DNA of 63,718 nt, the filler included, from Reclinomonas americana ATCC 50394 (Eukaryota), in assembly GCA_048213135.1 (NCBI GenBank). It is 6 parts of 6 records of this genome, joined end to end, with 100 filler letters (N's around TTAATTAATTAA, not from the genome) between each part and the next. Parts side by side here need not be neighbours in the genome. Positions count along the whole stretch, not along the records: positions 21,697 to 47,766 come from PS015873.1; positions 47,867 to 55,217 come from PS015874.1; 4 more parts are not named here. One strand, given 5' to 3'. Of the stretch, positions 40,617 through 52,728 are shown in pieces (position 1 is the first letter of the stretch; every line of letters begins with the position of its first letter). The position numbers and the translations under genes are program-made. The notes below the pieces were generated by a model. The model worked only from the letters and a program-made list of their open reading frames with translations, made no database searches and was not told where the DNA came from.

Positions 40617-40917
40617 ATGCGCATTTTCCATCTGGTGCCCAAGAGCGAGTGGGACGAATCCGATCGCGCAGTGGCCTTTGCGCCGGCGTGTCTGCACGAT
40701 GTGAGCTTCTGCGCGAGAGAAAGTGAAGGAGTCTGTGAGGATATTCTCATCTCTCTCTGTGTGTGTGCCCGCAGAGCGGGTTCATTCCATGCACGGCCGA
40801 GGCGGATCGACTGCTGACGATTGCCAACTTGTTCTACAGTGGAGAGCGAAGGAATACGCAGTTTGTGGTGTTGTCGATTGACACGGACAAGTTGAGTTGT
40901 TGCTCTTGTCTCTCCTG

Positions 40918-40963
<46 letters not shown>

Positions 40964-41213
40964 GTGCTTGCTCATTGTGCGTTCAGGCTCGGTGTGAAGA
41001 GCCGTGTGACTGAGGAGATCTCGCCGCTGGTCGACGATGGAATGCCGTTCCCGCACATTCATGTTTTGTCCGATCGGATCATTCTGCGTGCTGCGCGCGG
41101 GGTTTCCGTCCATTCTTCCTCATCTCTGCGCACAGGGTCCGATTGATCGCGAGGCGATTGTGGAGGTGCATGATGCTGTGCGCGCTGCCGATGGATCGTT
41201 TGTGCGCGTCTAA
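40617..41213 (+). CDS. DUF952-family protein (4 exons)
   Basis: MRIFHLV..W..GFIPCT..LSIDTDKL..E..FPHIHGPIDREAI, matching the DUF952 pattern. Confidence 0.75.
40919..40961. repeat. (GT)n microsatellite in DUF952 intron
   Basis: Direct reading. Confidence 0.95.
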
Positions 41214-41469
41214 TTCGCCTCTCCCCCCCCGCGCCCGCCTTCCGGGCTCTTACGAAAGATTGTGTCGTTGTTGTTGTTGTCGTTGTTTGTAAATACATCC
41301 ACCACTGCGTGTTGTACACTTTCTCAACACTTGCTCGTCGTCGTGGAGGATTGATCGCGCTCTCCGCTTGTCTCGTGTCCATCGCTGCTCGATAGGACGA
41401 CGCTGGCGAGTCTGTTTTTTCTCACTCTGCGGCGATCGTTGCCCAGTTGTTCACCACCTGCCGTGCTCC

Positions 41470-43127
41470 TCACGTGGGTGAGTCGGTAAAGGTGGGCTTG
41501 GCGCGGGGGAAGCGCCGCTGCGCCTCGGCCGGGATGCGTTCCGACGCCGGCGTGTGCACATGCAACAGTGGTGTCGGCGACGAAGGGGACGCGGGACTGC
41601 CTGGCATGCGAATGGCCACCGGGCTGCCGCTCAAGTTGTTGGCCGGTGACGTGCGTGGAGGCGACGAGGGTGATGCGCCTTCCGCGGGTGCCACACGGGC
41701 CGCCACCATGGTGGTCGATGAGCGACCAGGCCGCACCGGCGTGCTGGCCAGGCGTGCATTCGTCTGTGGCGAGCCTCGCTGCGGGGTGTTGGGCAGCATG
41801 CTGGCGTCCGAGCCGTCAATCTCATAATCGCTCGGCATGGTGATGGATGTCGGCACAATCTGTGAGAACAATCAGTGACCACCAGGCAAAGGACACACAA
41901 TAGAGTCAGGGCACGCACATTGGAGCGCGTATTGGGCGACTGCCGAATGGTGGGGGGCGAGCCGAGCACCGAGCGTATCTGCATGGACTGCATTTCCCTG
42001 CCGCCACCCACGGCGCCGTCCTCCTCCAGCAGGTCGGGCCGATCGGGATCGCCAAACTCGGGACCCGTCAACGCGCCCTGCAGCGACTGCGGGTAGTATT
42101 GCCGCATCTTGTCCTCCCACGCCTGCCGCTGCTGGAAGGTGGCCTTGACCTGCAGAGAGAATGTGAGGCCATGGGAGACGGAAAGAGAGAAAGAGGGAGG
42201 GAGGCGGAGGGCAAGCACCTTGACACGGACTTTGTGAATGAGGACGATGAACATGGAGAAGATGCCAGAGATCACAGCTGCACGAATGGAGGGAATGAGC
42301 AATCGCCTGCCTGGGAGTCGATACACTCTGGAGGCGAAACACACACCGATTCCGACGGCCGCCCACATGATTTTCCACGAGAAGCCCCACGTGTAGACGC
42401 TCTTGTCGACACGCAGCGTGTACTGCACCGCTCCAGCAGCCATCATGGTGGCGCCCACAAAGTGCAAGCCCTGCACGCAACAGCATCAGCACAACAGGAA
42501 CTGCGACAGAGAGAGAAGAGACACGCTGCGAGACGCACGACTCCAATCCACTTGAATCTAGCGCGGAAGTCATAGACGCGATAGAGGACCCACATGACCA
42601 TGCCACCGACGAGGAACACAATCGACAGCGCAGCCAGCACCAGCGTCTACAACGAAATGAGAGATGCAACACAGAAAACACCCCCATGGCATCGACGCAA
42701 CAATGAGCCCCACTGACGTGTAGTTGCCATAGACATCTCCCGGCAGCTTGACGCGCTCACAGAACGAGGTATCGTTGAAGCGCTGCACGCAAAAGGAGGC
42801 CATGTTGAGGCCGAGCGACGCCTGCATGTGACTATCCTCCATCTGCGCAATGTCCGATCAGCATCATCACACACACAGAGAGCAGTGTGTGTGCGACGCA
42901 ACAAGCCACTGCGGGGTGGCCAGCGCCACAATGCACGTGACCACAGCGGCAAATGCCCACGCCAGCAACACGCCCACACACACAGTGGCAAAGCGCGGTC
43001 GCATGCCCTCGCGACACCTCCCGTTCTCATACGCCCATCGACAGCAGCACCCAGCGACCCGCTGCTGCTTCACCTCCTGCTTGCCGCTGCCGGCGGAGGT
43101 CGGGCGTGACTTGCTCTTGCCACTCAT
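41470..43127 (-). CDS. Four-TM claudin/PMP22-superfamily-like membrane protein with long Ser/Pro-rich tail
   Basis: TM1 ending ALATPQW, loop with GL..C..C, two more TMs, TWGFSW before TM4. Confidence 0.6.
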
Positions 43128-43188
43128 CGCGATGTGAAAGAAACGGACATAAATTTCACAGTAACGCTTCCTAAATCGCGACGACGTG

Positions 43189-44859
43189 ATGGTGCTGAGG
43201 TTATGCGGCGTTCGCGGCGCGGTTTGGATTGTGGGCGCGCTGGCCGTGGCGCTGGCGCTGGTCCATGTTGTGTTGGCAGCGACGGTGGAGCAGCGCATTG
43301 TCGGCGGCACAGTGACGGTCGCCGGGAGAGTTTCGTTTCTCCCACTGTCTGCGCGCGCGCTCTCTCTCTCTCTCATTGTGTGTCGCAGTTCAACTCGTAT
43401 GTGGCGCTGCGATATGATGGCGTGCTTGTGTGCGGTGGTGAGTGCTGTGCCAGACGCCATTTGCTTGTGTCACGCTGACTCGATGCTGCAGGCGCGCTGG
43501 TTGCCACTGACGCAGTGCTCACTGCTGGTTCGTGCTGTGTGCCTGTGCGCATTGGTTATCGCGCGTGCTGACCTTTGCGTGTGTGGTTGCGCGCAACAGG
43601 TGAGTGCTTCAGCGCCAATCGGACGATCACGCCACTGCGTGCGGAGATTGGTGGCGGCATCTTGTTGGACTCGGAGGAGGTGCAGACGGTGCAGGTGCTG
43701 AAGGTGTTTGTGCATCCGAACTTCACCACGGGCTCTGTGGTGAACAATGTCGCCTTGGTGCAACTGGCGTCGGCTGTGACGTGCAACGCGTTGACGACGC
43801 CGACGAGGCTCAGCAACTCGACGCTGCTGCTGGCTGGAACGCCGACCATGTCGGTTGGGTTTGGGGCGGGTGTGGTGCGTCGCGTGGATGGTTGGGGAGG
43901 TGCGCTGTAGCTTCTCTTCTGCTCACTCGCGAGAGATGCCGCCGACAGAGTCCCGTGAAGAACAAAATGGCGGTGAACAGCGGCCTGCTGAAGCAGCTGC
44001 CCGAGGCGGTGTATCCGTGCGTTCTCTCCAACGGTGTGCCGTCGTACTTTTGTACACGCACGCAGAAATACGAGGGACCGTGCGCTGTTGCGTGTGCCTC
44101 TCCTCGCAACCATCATCCTTCCTTTGTGGACTCTGACATGGCAATCGCTCGCCTGCGTGCAGAATGACTTGGGCGACCCGGTGTTCCATCCAACCACCGG
44201 GCTGCTGATCGGACTGTCGGCGTACACCAACTACGACTGCGGTTCGCGGCAGGACCTCGTGGCCAACGTCAATGTGGCGCAGTTGCTGCCGTGGATCCAG
44301 ACCATTGCGCCGAAAGTGCAAATGGCCAGCCTGACGGCCAGCAATGGTGCGTCCGCCATTCTCGATATCTCCGTCTGTCTCTCGTGCTTTCTCTCGTCTT
44401 GTACTCAATGTGGATGCACAGCTGCTGCAGATTGTGACTTGTCTTTTCTTACTCGTTCTCTCTCTCTCTCTCGTCTGTGCGTGATGAGCAATCTGTGCAT
44501 GCGCAGCAGCCGCAGATTGTCTTTCTCCCTCCCTTTCCCTCCCTCTCCCCCTCCGCCCTCCTCTCTCTCTCTCTGTCTCTCTGAATCTCACTGTACAATG
44601 TGCAGGCACGTCGGTGTGTCAGACCGCTGGCTTCTCCATGTCGTCAAGCACCGTCCGCACCACGCCGCCCGACCAACCGCAGCCACCCGCGGAGGCCGCT
44701 GTGGGAGTGGGCGCTCGATCGCTATTCTCTGCGTCCGTGAGCTCGGCTTCATCGCGGTCGTCTTTCGTTTCTGTTGCATTCGCCACGTGCGGCTTTGCGG
44801 TCGTCGTGTGCGCACTGGTGGTGTGGGTTCGTTCGAGGAGACGGCACCCGCGATGGTAA
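43189..44859 (+). CDS. Trypsin-like (S1) pseudoprotease with signal peptide and C-terminal TM
   Basis: R|IVGG, CGGALV..VLTAGEC, VHPNF..NNVALVQL, GPCANDLGDPV; C-terminal hydrophobic helix followed by RSRRR. Confidence 0.8.
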
Positions 44860-44955
44860 TACATGTGTCATGTTGTTGTGTACCGTTTGTCGGGACAGGG
44901 GCATCGGGGATCGTGCCGTAGTTTGTTCTTGTTCTTCTTCCACACCGCCGCCAAA

Positions 44956-45556
44956 ATGCTGCCGGTGGGCGAGGGACTGTTTGTGTTTGAGGGGTGGCTG
45001 ACGCTGCTCAGCGGCATTGTGCTCATGCTGTTTCCCATGTTGCGTCGTCGTTGCCAGTGATAGCCAGAGATATCGCACAGCGTTTATTGTCGTGTTGTTG
45101 TCGGATTCTCCGACTTGTCTCCACGCCACAACGAATGTGTGTCGCTCTCACAGAACTTCGCTGAGTCTGATGGGTGTGGAGCGCCCCGAGGCGCAGAACA
45201 TGGCCGTCGGCATTCTGCGCTGGTTCGGCTGCTTGTGCATTCTCATTGGGTGGGCCGAGATTCGCTCACCGACCAACACCGGCCTCTACGAGGCCCTCCT
45301 TGCGGGAGAAGTGCTGTACACGCTGGTGTACTTTGCCTTTATCCAGGTGCGTGCGTGGGGCATGGGGGGAAGCCGCAGTCGTCCACCAACACCACCACCA
45401 CTGTCGCCAACGCGCCGACATCGACCGGTGAATGCATAGCGACACGGACGGTGGAACCCTGTGACATTGACATTGCTCTCTGCGCCGTTTCTCATGGCCC
45501 CGTTCCGCATTTCGTGGTTGTGGAAGTTGAAGAGCAGCTCGCCGAGCGCCGAGTGA
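44956..45556 (+). CDS. Small multi-pass membrane protein, unknown function (3 exons)
   Basis: Spliced ORF MLPVGEGLFVFEGWLTLLSGIVLMLFP..ILRWFGCLCILIGW..YEALLAGEVLYTLVYFAFI.. with about four hydrophobic segments. Confidence 0.6.
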
Positions 45557-45815
45557 AAAACCGATGCACGCAAGCATTTGTACGAGTTGTTCCGAAGTTT
45601 GACAGCGACTTTCGATACGCACGACACCGTTACGTGAGCTGTCTTCACGCTCAGCGAATAGCCACTGTCAGTCTTTTCCCGCTGCCTGCTTGTGCACTTG
45701 CGTCGACAACCGACTTCAAATCGCCCTTCGAATACCAGACACTCTCCGCCCAACAAGGACAACCGCGTTTTCCTCTCTCTCTCCGCTGAGCACGCACACA
45801 CCCCTTTGATCAAAC

Positions 45816-47714
45816 ATGAGCCACGCCCTTCGTGATGTCTTCCGCACCTTTGCGGCCTTTGGTCGCACAGGCGACCCGGTGAGCTCACTCTCTCTCTCTC
45901 TCACACACACACATGATGATTCTCTTTCTTCACTTTCTCACGCACACATCCTCCTCGGCCAGAACTCCATGGACGGCGGCAAGTTTGCCAAGCTGTGCAA
46001 GGACACTGGACTGGTCTCGCGAAAGGTAAACTCGTGGAGTGACTTGAAACGTGTTGCGGAAGGAGAGAATCTCACCTCTTGTCTGCCTCTCACGCAGCTG
46101 AGCACCGTCGATGTCGACCTGATCTTCAACAAGGTGAAGCAGCGCACGGAGCGCAAGATCAGCTTTGAGCAGTTCTGCGAGTCTCTGACGCTGCTGGCCG
46201 AGAAACTGTACCCCGAGCTCAGTCCCGGTGTGTTGTCTTGTAATTCGATTCAGCAGCTTTCAGCGTCCTCCTCACTGCCGCGGCTGTTGCAGACGCTGGT
46301 CGACAGGCGGTGGAGGATCGGTACTGTGTGCGCCTATGAGAGAGACCATTCATCGTCGTCGTGCTCACTGCTGTGCCGGCGCAGCATTGTCTCGCACGAC
46401 GGACCTGCCTTGTCGGGTGTGACGGAGACGGCCGGTGACTCGACGCTGGAGCGCCTCACTGATGTGTCGGGCTACACGGGCATGTACGCCGAGGTGCAGT
46501 GTGTGTGTGTGTGCTTGCCGTTGTTGTTGAACACGCACGTTTGCTGATGTGGATTGTGCGGCAGCGTTTTGCCGATGCACCGCCGCCTCCGACAGCGGAC
46601 ATGGCGAGACTGCAGGTGTCGTCGGCCGGTGGTCCACGTTGCGTGGTCGGAGTGCGTCTCCCACCCCCACCCCGCCTCGCATTTGCTCATTCCGTGAAGC
46701 GCAGCCAAGCCGCGATCACGTCCCACCTCGGCCGAGACTCGTGGTGCGAGTGGCAGTGGTGCGGCGTCGACCAACATTTACGAGCCGGAGCACGCCGAGG
46801 CGAACACGCTGCTCGGAGTGTTCCAGTCGTTTGTGTCGTTTGGTGATCGCACCAATGTCAGCGAGATGGACAACGCCAAGGCACGTGTGTGTAAGTCTTG
46901 ATAATTGTTGGGCTTCGTGTTTCTGACCAAGCACCAATCGCAGTGGGTCAAGCTGTGCCGCGATACGGGGCTGCTTACGTGCGTATGTGTTTACTTTGTG
47001 AAGCTGTGTCACTCTAGCACTGCATGCTCACTGTGTCGGTGTGTGCGTGCAGCAAGAAGTTCACGACGACACAAGCTGGTGAATTCTGTTGTTGTTGTCG
47101 AGAATGTCGCCAATGCTCACCTGGTGTCGTGCAGACTTGATCTTCTCCCGCGTCAAGGCCAAGGGCGCCCGGCGCATCAGCTTTGCTGAGTTCCAGCGTG
47201 CACTGGAGGCAGTCGCCGAGGCGGAAGGCACATCGTACGACGATGTGGTCGCGACGCTTCTCGCGGCTGGCGGACCGGGTTCATCAGGTACTGCGTCTTG
47301 TTCATTCCCGCCTTCTCTTCTGCCTCCACGCGTATCTCAAGTTCTGGCTTCTTGTTTCCGCGCACAGGCACTGTGGCCGAGAAGGACAGCACGCTGAACC
47401 GATTGACAGACACCTCGCAGTACACCGGCCTCCACAAGGTTACATGTGCTCCCCTCACTCCCTCGCACGGCCGCACCCGCTGAAGTTCACAATCATCTGG
47501 CCACAGGAGCGGTTCGACGAGCAGGGTCGCGGTCGTGGCACCGCCGGTCGTGACGTGGGCGGCAAGGTTTGCAATGCACAGACGCTTGGCTTCAAGATGA
47601 CGTGACTGATTTCTCTTGTCACAGGGTTCTGGCCACCTGCCCTCGTCCACACTCCAGTACCATGGCGGCAACGTGTCGGACTTGTCGCAGATCACGCGCG
47701 GAGGCATGAAGTGA
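45816..47714 (+). CDS. TPPP/p25alpha family protein with two p25alpha domains
   Basis: Twice F..F..FG..MD..K..KLC.DTGL..DLIF..VK....I.F.F and RLTD.S.YTG; second copy ends HKERFDEQGRGRGTAGR..VSDLSQITR. Confidence 0.9.
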
Positions 47715-48069
47715 GCCTCAAGAAAAACAAACCAAAGGAAAAAATGCGTCAGTGTACATCGACAAGNNNNNNNNNNNNNNNNNNNNNNNNNNNNNNNNNN
47801 NNNNNNNNNNTTAATTAATTAANNNNNNNNNNNNNNNNNNNNNNNNNNNNNNNNNNNNNNNNNNNNTTGAGATCGAGCGTGGGCAGCAGATCGTGGACCA
47901 GTGCGCGGAAACTGTGAGAGCGAGGTGTTTGAGTACACATGGACACAAGAGAGAGTGCACAGTCGCACGCAAACGCTGCGGGCTCCATTTATGTGGTGCG
48001 AAAATCAAGAGTAGCTAGGAGTTGTCGTACTAAGTACAAAGAAGTGCGTTTCTCGACGTTTTGTGGTTT

Positions 48070-49230
48070 TCATTTCCGCCCTCTGCCCTCGTCTCTTTGT
48101 GCAGCCGACGAGCCGCGAAGGCGCCTTGGTGACCAATTCGACAAGTTGAGCACGACGCCGCCTTCTGGATCGGTGGCGGCCACCGGCAGCAGGCCTGCGG
48201 AAGGGCGGCTGGCAGTGCTGGGCCCGCGACTGGCGCTGTGCGATCGGCGTCCGTGTCGTTCCTGCGGTAAATGTTAGTGACGACTCGCTGCGGCTGCGTG
48301 TGTGTGTGTGCGTAGTGGGTCAGAACTCACCACTGGAGCGGCGTAGTCGCGAAGTGAACCCTCCTGACTCGACCGCAGCTGGTGCAAGTTGAAATCGCTG
48401 AGGTCCAGCGAGATGCCGCCGTCGCGATGTGACTTTTTCCGCTGCAGAACACCACAGGCTTTAGCCACCGCGCACACACGAGGTCTTATTGTGCGAGTGC
48501 GCAACTCTTGGTGATATCCAGCTTCTGGAGAATGTACCATTGTGCTGCTGCTGTGGTTGCTGATGATGTTGCTGAAATGGTGCCTCGGCGTACATGAGTG
48601 GAGGCGGTGCATTGCCGCCGCCTGCATTGCGAGTGCGATCGCGCAGTTGCGAGGCCGTCATGGTGCCAAACTGTGTGCACACCCGTTTGAGCAGCAGCGC
48701 CATACTTCACGTCGCGAAAATTAACACACCTCCGAGAACGCAAGAGTGTCTCCCGCTGACGCCGACGACTCAAACAGCGGACCGGTGCGTTCCAGCACCT
48801 CGTGTCGCTTCCGCAGCGAGGCCTTGACGACCTTCTCCAGACTGTCGACAAACATGGGAATGGTGGTGACGGCGGGTGGTGGCGTCGCAGCAGCCACACT
48901 TGCCGCGGGTGGCCTCCGCGGTGGATGCTGTTGTGTGGATGACGGTGGTGGTGGTGGACGGCGAGAGGGCGGCTCGTAGCCGCCGCCTCCGTGCCCCGCA
49001 CCACCATCGCCCATCTCCAGTGCCGCGTTGCTGCCGAGCTCGGCAAGCAACTCAGCCTCGCGATGCTGAATCATGGAGAGGCGATGCATCACCGACTCCT
49101 CCAACACCTCCCGACTGTGCGCCACCAAATGCTCGCTCTCTGCCGCCAGCTCCTGCACCAATGGCGGTGGTGGCGGTGGTGAAGGCTGACGCAGTGGTGG
49201 CGGTGGCGGCGGTGGTGGCGGCAACTGAGG
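48070..49230 (-). CDS. C-terminal part of an unknown Pro-rich protein
   Basis: Open frame 48730-49230 plus plausible GT-AG-bounded downstream exons; no recognised domain. Confidence 0.45.
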
Positions 49231-50179
49231 NNNNNNNNNNNNNNNNNNNNNNNNNNNNNNNNNNNNNNNNNNNNNNNNNNNNNNNNNNNNNNNNNNNNNN
49301 NNNNNNNNNNNNNNNNNNNNNNNNNNNNNNNNNNNNNNNNNNNNNNNNNNNNNNNNNNNNNNNNNNNNNNNNNNNNNNNNNNNNNNNNNNNNNNNNNNNN
49401 NNNNNNNNNNNNNNNNNNNNNNNNNNNNNNNNNNNNNNNNNNNNNNNNNNNNNNNNNNNNNNNNNNNNNNNNNNNNNNNNNNNNNNNNNNNNNNNNNNNN
49501 NNNNNNNNNNNNNNNNNNNNNNNNNNNNNNNNNNNNNNNNNNNNNNNNNNNNNNNNNNNNNNNNNNNNNNNNNNNNNNNNNNNNNNNNNNNNNNNNNNNN
49601 NNNNNNNNNNNNNNNNNNNNNNNNNNNNNNNNNNNNNNNNNNNNNNNNNNNNNNNNNNNNNNNNNNNNNNNNNNNNNNNNNNNNNNNNNNNNNNNNNNNN
49701 NNNNNNNNNNNNNNNNNNNNNNNNNNNNNNNNNNNNNNNNNNNNNNNNNNNNNNNNNNNNNNNNNNNNNNNNNNNNNNNNNNNNNNNNNNNNNNNNNNNN
49801 NNNNNNNNNNNNNNNNNNNNNNNNNNNNNNNNNNNNNNNNNNNNNNNNNNNNNNNNNNNNNNNNNNNNNNNNNNNNNNNNNNGGCCGATCCATTACACCC
49901 CGCCTCGCTGGTAAGCTTGACATGCACACGCACACGCATGTGTACGCACGCACACACACGTTGCAGCGCGATGAGCGAGGGCGGCGAGAGAGTGTGTTGG
50001 CGATGATCGGGATCTTGCACGCACACACACGCACACACGCGCGCGCGCCCTTGCTCACTGCAGGCACGTACGTGTGAGCACGATAGAGATGCAGCACGCG
50101 CACACGTACAGGAAGGGGAGGCGAGAGACAACGACATGCAGCAAACGAGTGACACTGATTTGCTTTCCGATTTGCGCAG

Positions 50180-52728
50180 GCGGTGAGTGTGCTGACGGAG
50201 CTCATTGACGAGGCGTGTCGCGAGGTTGCCTTGCAGTGTCACAAGGCGAGTCGATTAGGCACGCTGGACTCGTCGCCAACCGCAGCGCCGCTCATGAATG
50301 GAGGAAACGACAGTGCAGTTCCGTCAACCCTTGCGCACACACACTTGACCCTCTTTGTGTCTGTACTCATGACACACGCGCGCGCGCTCTGCGACAGACT
50401 ACTGTGTCGTCGATGGAAGTGGAAGATGCCTCCAATGGAGTTGTCTCTGTGGTGGGCGAAGAGGGCGACGACAAAGATGACGATGATGATGATGATGATG
50501 ATGATGATGCGGCGGTGTCGCGGCATCGCGCGAACGGTGTTGTCGCGGAGTCGGGTTCGCGTGCGGGCGCGCTGGCAGTGAGCTATCCGAGTCGGCAGGC
50601 GCTGGCCAGGCGGAAGGCGCGAGAGAATGCAGTCAATCGCACGCTGTTGTTGAGGTGTGCTGCGCTGTTGCTATCGTCGGCCTCGCAACTGATTCGCGCG
50701 TGACAAGTAAGTGTGTGTGTGCGTGTGCACAGACATCCGCTGGCTGTGTGGCAGCATGAGAATGAAGTGACGACTGCGGCAGCAGCCGCGGCAGCAGCAG
50801 CAGCGGCGGCGGAGGCGGCGGCGACGGCGGCCGCAGCAGCAGCGACTCTTGCAGCGGAAGAGATGCCAGGTGCGGTTGTCGACGAAGCTTCTGTAGATGT
50901 GGTGATGCCGCTGGTGTTGGGACCACCGGCGCCGCCGACGCGAGGTCGTCCGAAAGGGCGACCGCGAACTCGTGGTCGTGGCGCTGCAAATGTGGCTCAG
51001 CCGCGTGGTCGTGGCCGCAAGCGTGGTGGTGCTGCTGCTGGTGGTGGCGCAGGTGGTGGATTGTTTGTCGGTGCCGACATGATGGAAGTGGCGACGGCAG
51101 CCGCGCCCATGGATGGCACGGCGAGTGTGAAACGGAAAAAGGCTGTACAATGGTTGTCGTCTGATGAAGAGTCGGCAAGTGGTGCTGCAGAGGAGGCCGC
51201 GTTGCGTTTCCGTTCGTGTGGCGCGCGCAGCGTGTGAAGGCGCTGACATTTGTCTATTGTGTCGTGCAGCAAATCAAACACGGTGACGTGCCCAGTGTGT
51301 AACCGGGCAGTCAGCGCGCTGCGCTTTGCGCCGCATCTCGAAAAGTGCTTGGCCGGCGGCGGCCGGCAGTCGAGCCGAAGAGCTGCCGCGCGGTGAGCAC
51401 AATAATTGCATGGCCCCTTTGCGTGCATTATGTGTGTGTCGCTCATCCATTATGTGACGCAGGTTATCCGAGTTGGCGCGTCGCAATCGGGAGCCATCGC
51501 CGACGCTGGATGCAGAAATGATGGCGGTGGTGGACGACGGAGAGTTCATGCTGGAGGATCGCTCCACTCCAGCGCCGCCTCCACCACCACCACCAATGCC
51601 ACCTGCTGCTGCTGCTGCTGCTGTGCGTGCTCGCCCGGCTCGCACCTCGGCGGCGCCACAACGGCAGTACGAGTACGTGGACGACTATGATGATGACGAA
51701 CCGATCTCGTCGTCGCCGGTGGACCCCGACAACGACGACGATGTGGTGGAGGTGGGCGCGTGGCCGTCGTCGATTGCACACCGGCATCGAGCGCCAGGAA
51801 TGGTCTCTGCTGTCACCACCACCACAACAACAACGACGACGACGACGACTGCGATGGCAGCGTCTGTGGCAGCATCGCCAGCAATGGTGCCACCTGTGGC
51901 CTCTGCGGCTCCTGGGCAGGGACGGAGCATTTTGCGACTGCGAGTCGTGTCGTCTTCGGCGCAAGCAGCGTCAGCAACCGCGCACGACAACAGTGACGAC
52001 GATCTTGACGAGGATGAGGATGAGGACGATGAAGAGGACGACGGCGACGAAGATGAGGACGAGGAAGAGGACGATGGAGGAGATGAGGAAGTGGACGAAG
52101 AGGAAGACGACGATGGCGAGGACGACGGGTATAATGGTGGCGTAGGTGGCGGCGGCGGCAGTGGTGGTGGTGGCGGTGGTGGTGGTGGTGGTGGCAGTGA
52201 GGGTCACAGGAATCGGGGCCACAATGGCAACACCGGGTACGAACAGTACGACGACGAAGAGGAGGAGGATGAGGAGGCGAGCGATGGTGGCCACCGGAAT
52301 GGCGGAGGTGGCCACGGAGGGCGTCAGCGACATCACCGACTGTCACATATTATTAACGGAGGAGACGGTCAGTTGATGGTGGCGTCGGTCGACATTGTGC
52401 ATGAGAGCGACGGCGAGCATGGTGAGCTTGCTTCCGATAGGTGTCGCGCTGTCTACCCTGCATCTCACACTTTTCTTTGGTTTTCGTGTTGCGCAGCCGA
52501 CAAGTATCATGCGAGGAAGCGTGCACGAGAGGGTCTGTCTGCTTGCCATTGTGTTGCTGATGATGCGTGAGGCTCACAAGCTGTGGCAATGTGTGCGCAG
52601 ATGGCGGTGCGAAGGGAGAAATGGACGACGAGCGGTGGCAGTGGAGGAAAAGGAAGGTGTGCAGGGCGCCCTCGCGCTCTCTCTCGCCAAACATCATCCG
52701 CTACAATGAAACAAGCATTCTACGGTAA
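50180..52728 (+). CDS. SGF11: SAGA deubiquitinase-module subunit Sgf11/ATXN7L3-like, with large low-complexity insertions; start and end uncertain
   Basis: N-terminal helix VLTELIDEACREVALQCHK and zinc finger VTCPVCNRAVSALRFAPHLEKCLAGGGRQSSRRAAAR. Confidence 0.85.
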
